DNA of 63,610 nt, the filler included, from Octopus bimaculoides (taxonomy: Eukaryota): assembly GCF_001194135.2 (NCBI RefSeq). It is 6 parts of 6 records of this genome, joined end to end, with 100 filler letters (N's around TTAATTAATTAA, not from the genome) between each part and the next. Parts side by side here need not be neighbours in the genome. Positions count along the whole stretch, not along the records: positions 62,188 to 63,610 come from NW_026362169.1; 5 more parts are not named here. One strand, 5' to 3'. Both the position numbers and the translations under genes were made by a program. Position 1 is the first letter of the stretch. Every line of letters starts with the position of its first letter. The notes under the pieces were generated by a model, which saw nothing but the letters and a program-made list of their open reading frames with translations, was not told the origin of the DNA and did no database searches. This document shows, one piece after another, positions 62,188-63,610 of the stretch.

Positions 62188-62340
62188 TCACCTCTGCCGA
62201 TCAAACTCCCAACCCATGCGCTTCAGTTGCAACACTGGTTCTGCCCAATTTTGACGTTACTTACTTTGGTTTAAAATAAAGAACTTGATTAGCTTAATAA
62301 TCCCAACTTAATCCCGGGCAAAGCTGGGCTATACTGCTAG
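62188..62340 (+). mobile_element. Helitron 3' end
   Basis: Hairpin CCCGG-GCAAAG-CTGGG (62313-62328) followed by CTATACTG-CTAG|T (62337-62341). Confidence 0.75.
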
Positions 62341-62783
62341 TCAAGTATATAAGAGGATGGTTAATGTGGAATAATATACATATAGTGCAGTTAACAATGA
62401 AAGGGATGTTATAAATTATTGTATTAAGTTGAGATAAATTGAGATTTGAACTAGGATTAAATTTAAAAAAATTTTTTTAATTATAAATTAAAACTTAAAT
62501 ATCAAAGAGTTAAATAATATCATGGGAATAAAAATATGGGTTATAAGTATACCTCAAATAAGAAATGATATAAAAAGTGGGTTACTAAATATTAGAGAGT
62601 ATATAATACTTATTGTGCTGTTGGAACATTAAAAGGCAGGATTTATATAAAAGATGTGATTAAAGTGGAATGTATATATAATCAGAATGTACACACACAC
62701 ACACACACACACATATACATACATACATAAATACATACACACACACATACACACACACACACATACATACGTACATACATACA

Positions 62784-62814
<31 letters not shown>

Positions 62815-62821
62815 TAATAAA

Positions 62822-63610
62822 TATTAATAAATTTCAGGGTAGTAAAAAATTATTTAGAAATTTTTTGCTACCTGTGGTCTAGCATGAAGAAAAACACTAG
62901 TCAATAGACAATATATTATTTATATAAATACAGTGTACATTTAAACACATAAAAGATGGCCATAATAGGACATCTAACCTGCTAGAAGGAGTAGTTAAAA
63001 TCCAAACCACTATTAGGGGTAATTTCAAAAGGGAATGAAAAGTAAAAACATTTACCATCTATTTCCTGTACCATGGTTTCAAGCTATCTTCAGCAAATAA
63101 AATAATTTGCTAAGCACAGCTATGATCATATAAATACACTGTATTTACATGAATAATATATAGTCTATTGACTAGTTTTTTTCTTCATGCTAGACCACTG
63201 GTAGCAAAAAATTTCTAAATAATTTTTTACTATCCTGAAATTTATTAATAACAATTTTTTGGCTAATTGTGGAAGAAAATCGGCACTTTTTCTATTTGCT
63301 GCCAATAAAGAACTTAGCTTGCACAGTGGATTTGAAAAATTATAACATGTAAGCACGAGGCAGGTTCTGTATTGCCTCGTATTTATATGCTAATCTTGGA
63401 TTTCCTGTTGATAATAGCTGCACCTAGCAAATTAATTTATTTGCAGAAGATGGCTTGAAACCATGGTACAGGAAATAGATTATAAATGTTTTTATTTTTC
63501 ATTCCATTTCGAAATTACCCCTAATTGTGGTTTGGATTTTAACTATTCCTTCTAGAGGGCTAGATGTCCTATTATGGCCATCACTTATATGTTTAAATGT
63601 AGACTGTATT
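62822..63610. repeat. Nested inverted/tandem repeat A-B-A'-C-B'
   Basis: A 62822-62935 is inverted at 63137-63250; B 62927-63128 is inverted at 63409-63610. Confidence 0.9.

Noticed and set aside
62345-62690. Very AT-rich segment resembling a mitochondrial insertion
   Set aside because: Only a ~47-codon hydrophobic frame under the mitochondrial code, with no recognisable mitochondrial gene motif. A BLASTN against the mitogenome would settle it.

Overview
This is eukaryotic, repeat-dominated intergenic or intronic DNA from a gapped draft assembly. It is most likely an octopus (inferred from the tRNA-headed SINE families, R4/Dong and RTE LINEs, and extreme microsatellite density). I recognise no intact host protein-coding gene and nothing prokaryotic or CRISPR-like. 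The only clearly functional-looking gene is a tRNA-Asn(GTT) at 26675-26748. The rest is a mosaic of decayed mobile DNA: Penelope-like GIY-YIG retroelements, R4/Dong LINEs, RTE/BovB and CR1-like LINEs, Gypsy gag/integrase/LTRs, solo LTRs, mariner, hAT, Merlin-like and foldback MITEs, Helitron termini, several SINE families and many simple repeats. The most interesting signals are: (1) an R4/Dong subfamily repeatedly embedded in (CATA)n arrays, suggesting microsatellite-targeted insertion; (2) decayed hammerhead-ribozyme-like motifs beside Penelope-like fragments; (3) matching Helitron 5' and 3' termini bracketing a 4.8-kb contig; (4) a nested A-B-A'-C-B' inverted/tandem repeat at the window end; (5) a Merlin-like MITE carrying TTAGGG repeats; and (6) a few candidate micro-exons of an unrecognised host gene. 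All alignments and translations were done by eye, and element boundaries are approximate unless TIRs or TSDs are quoted.
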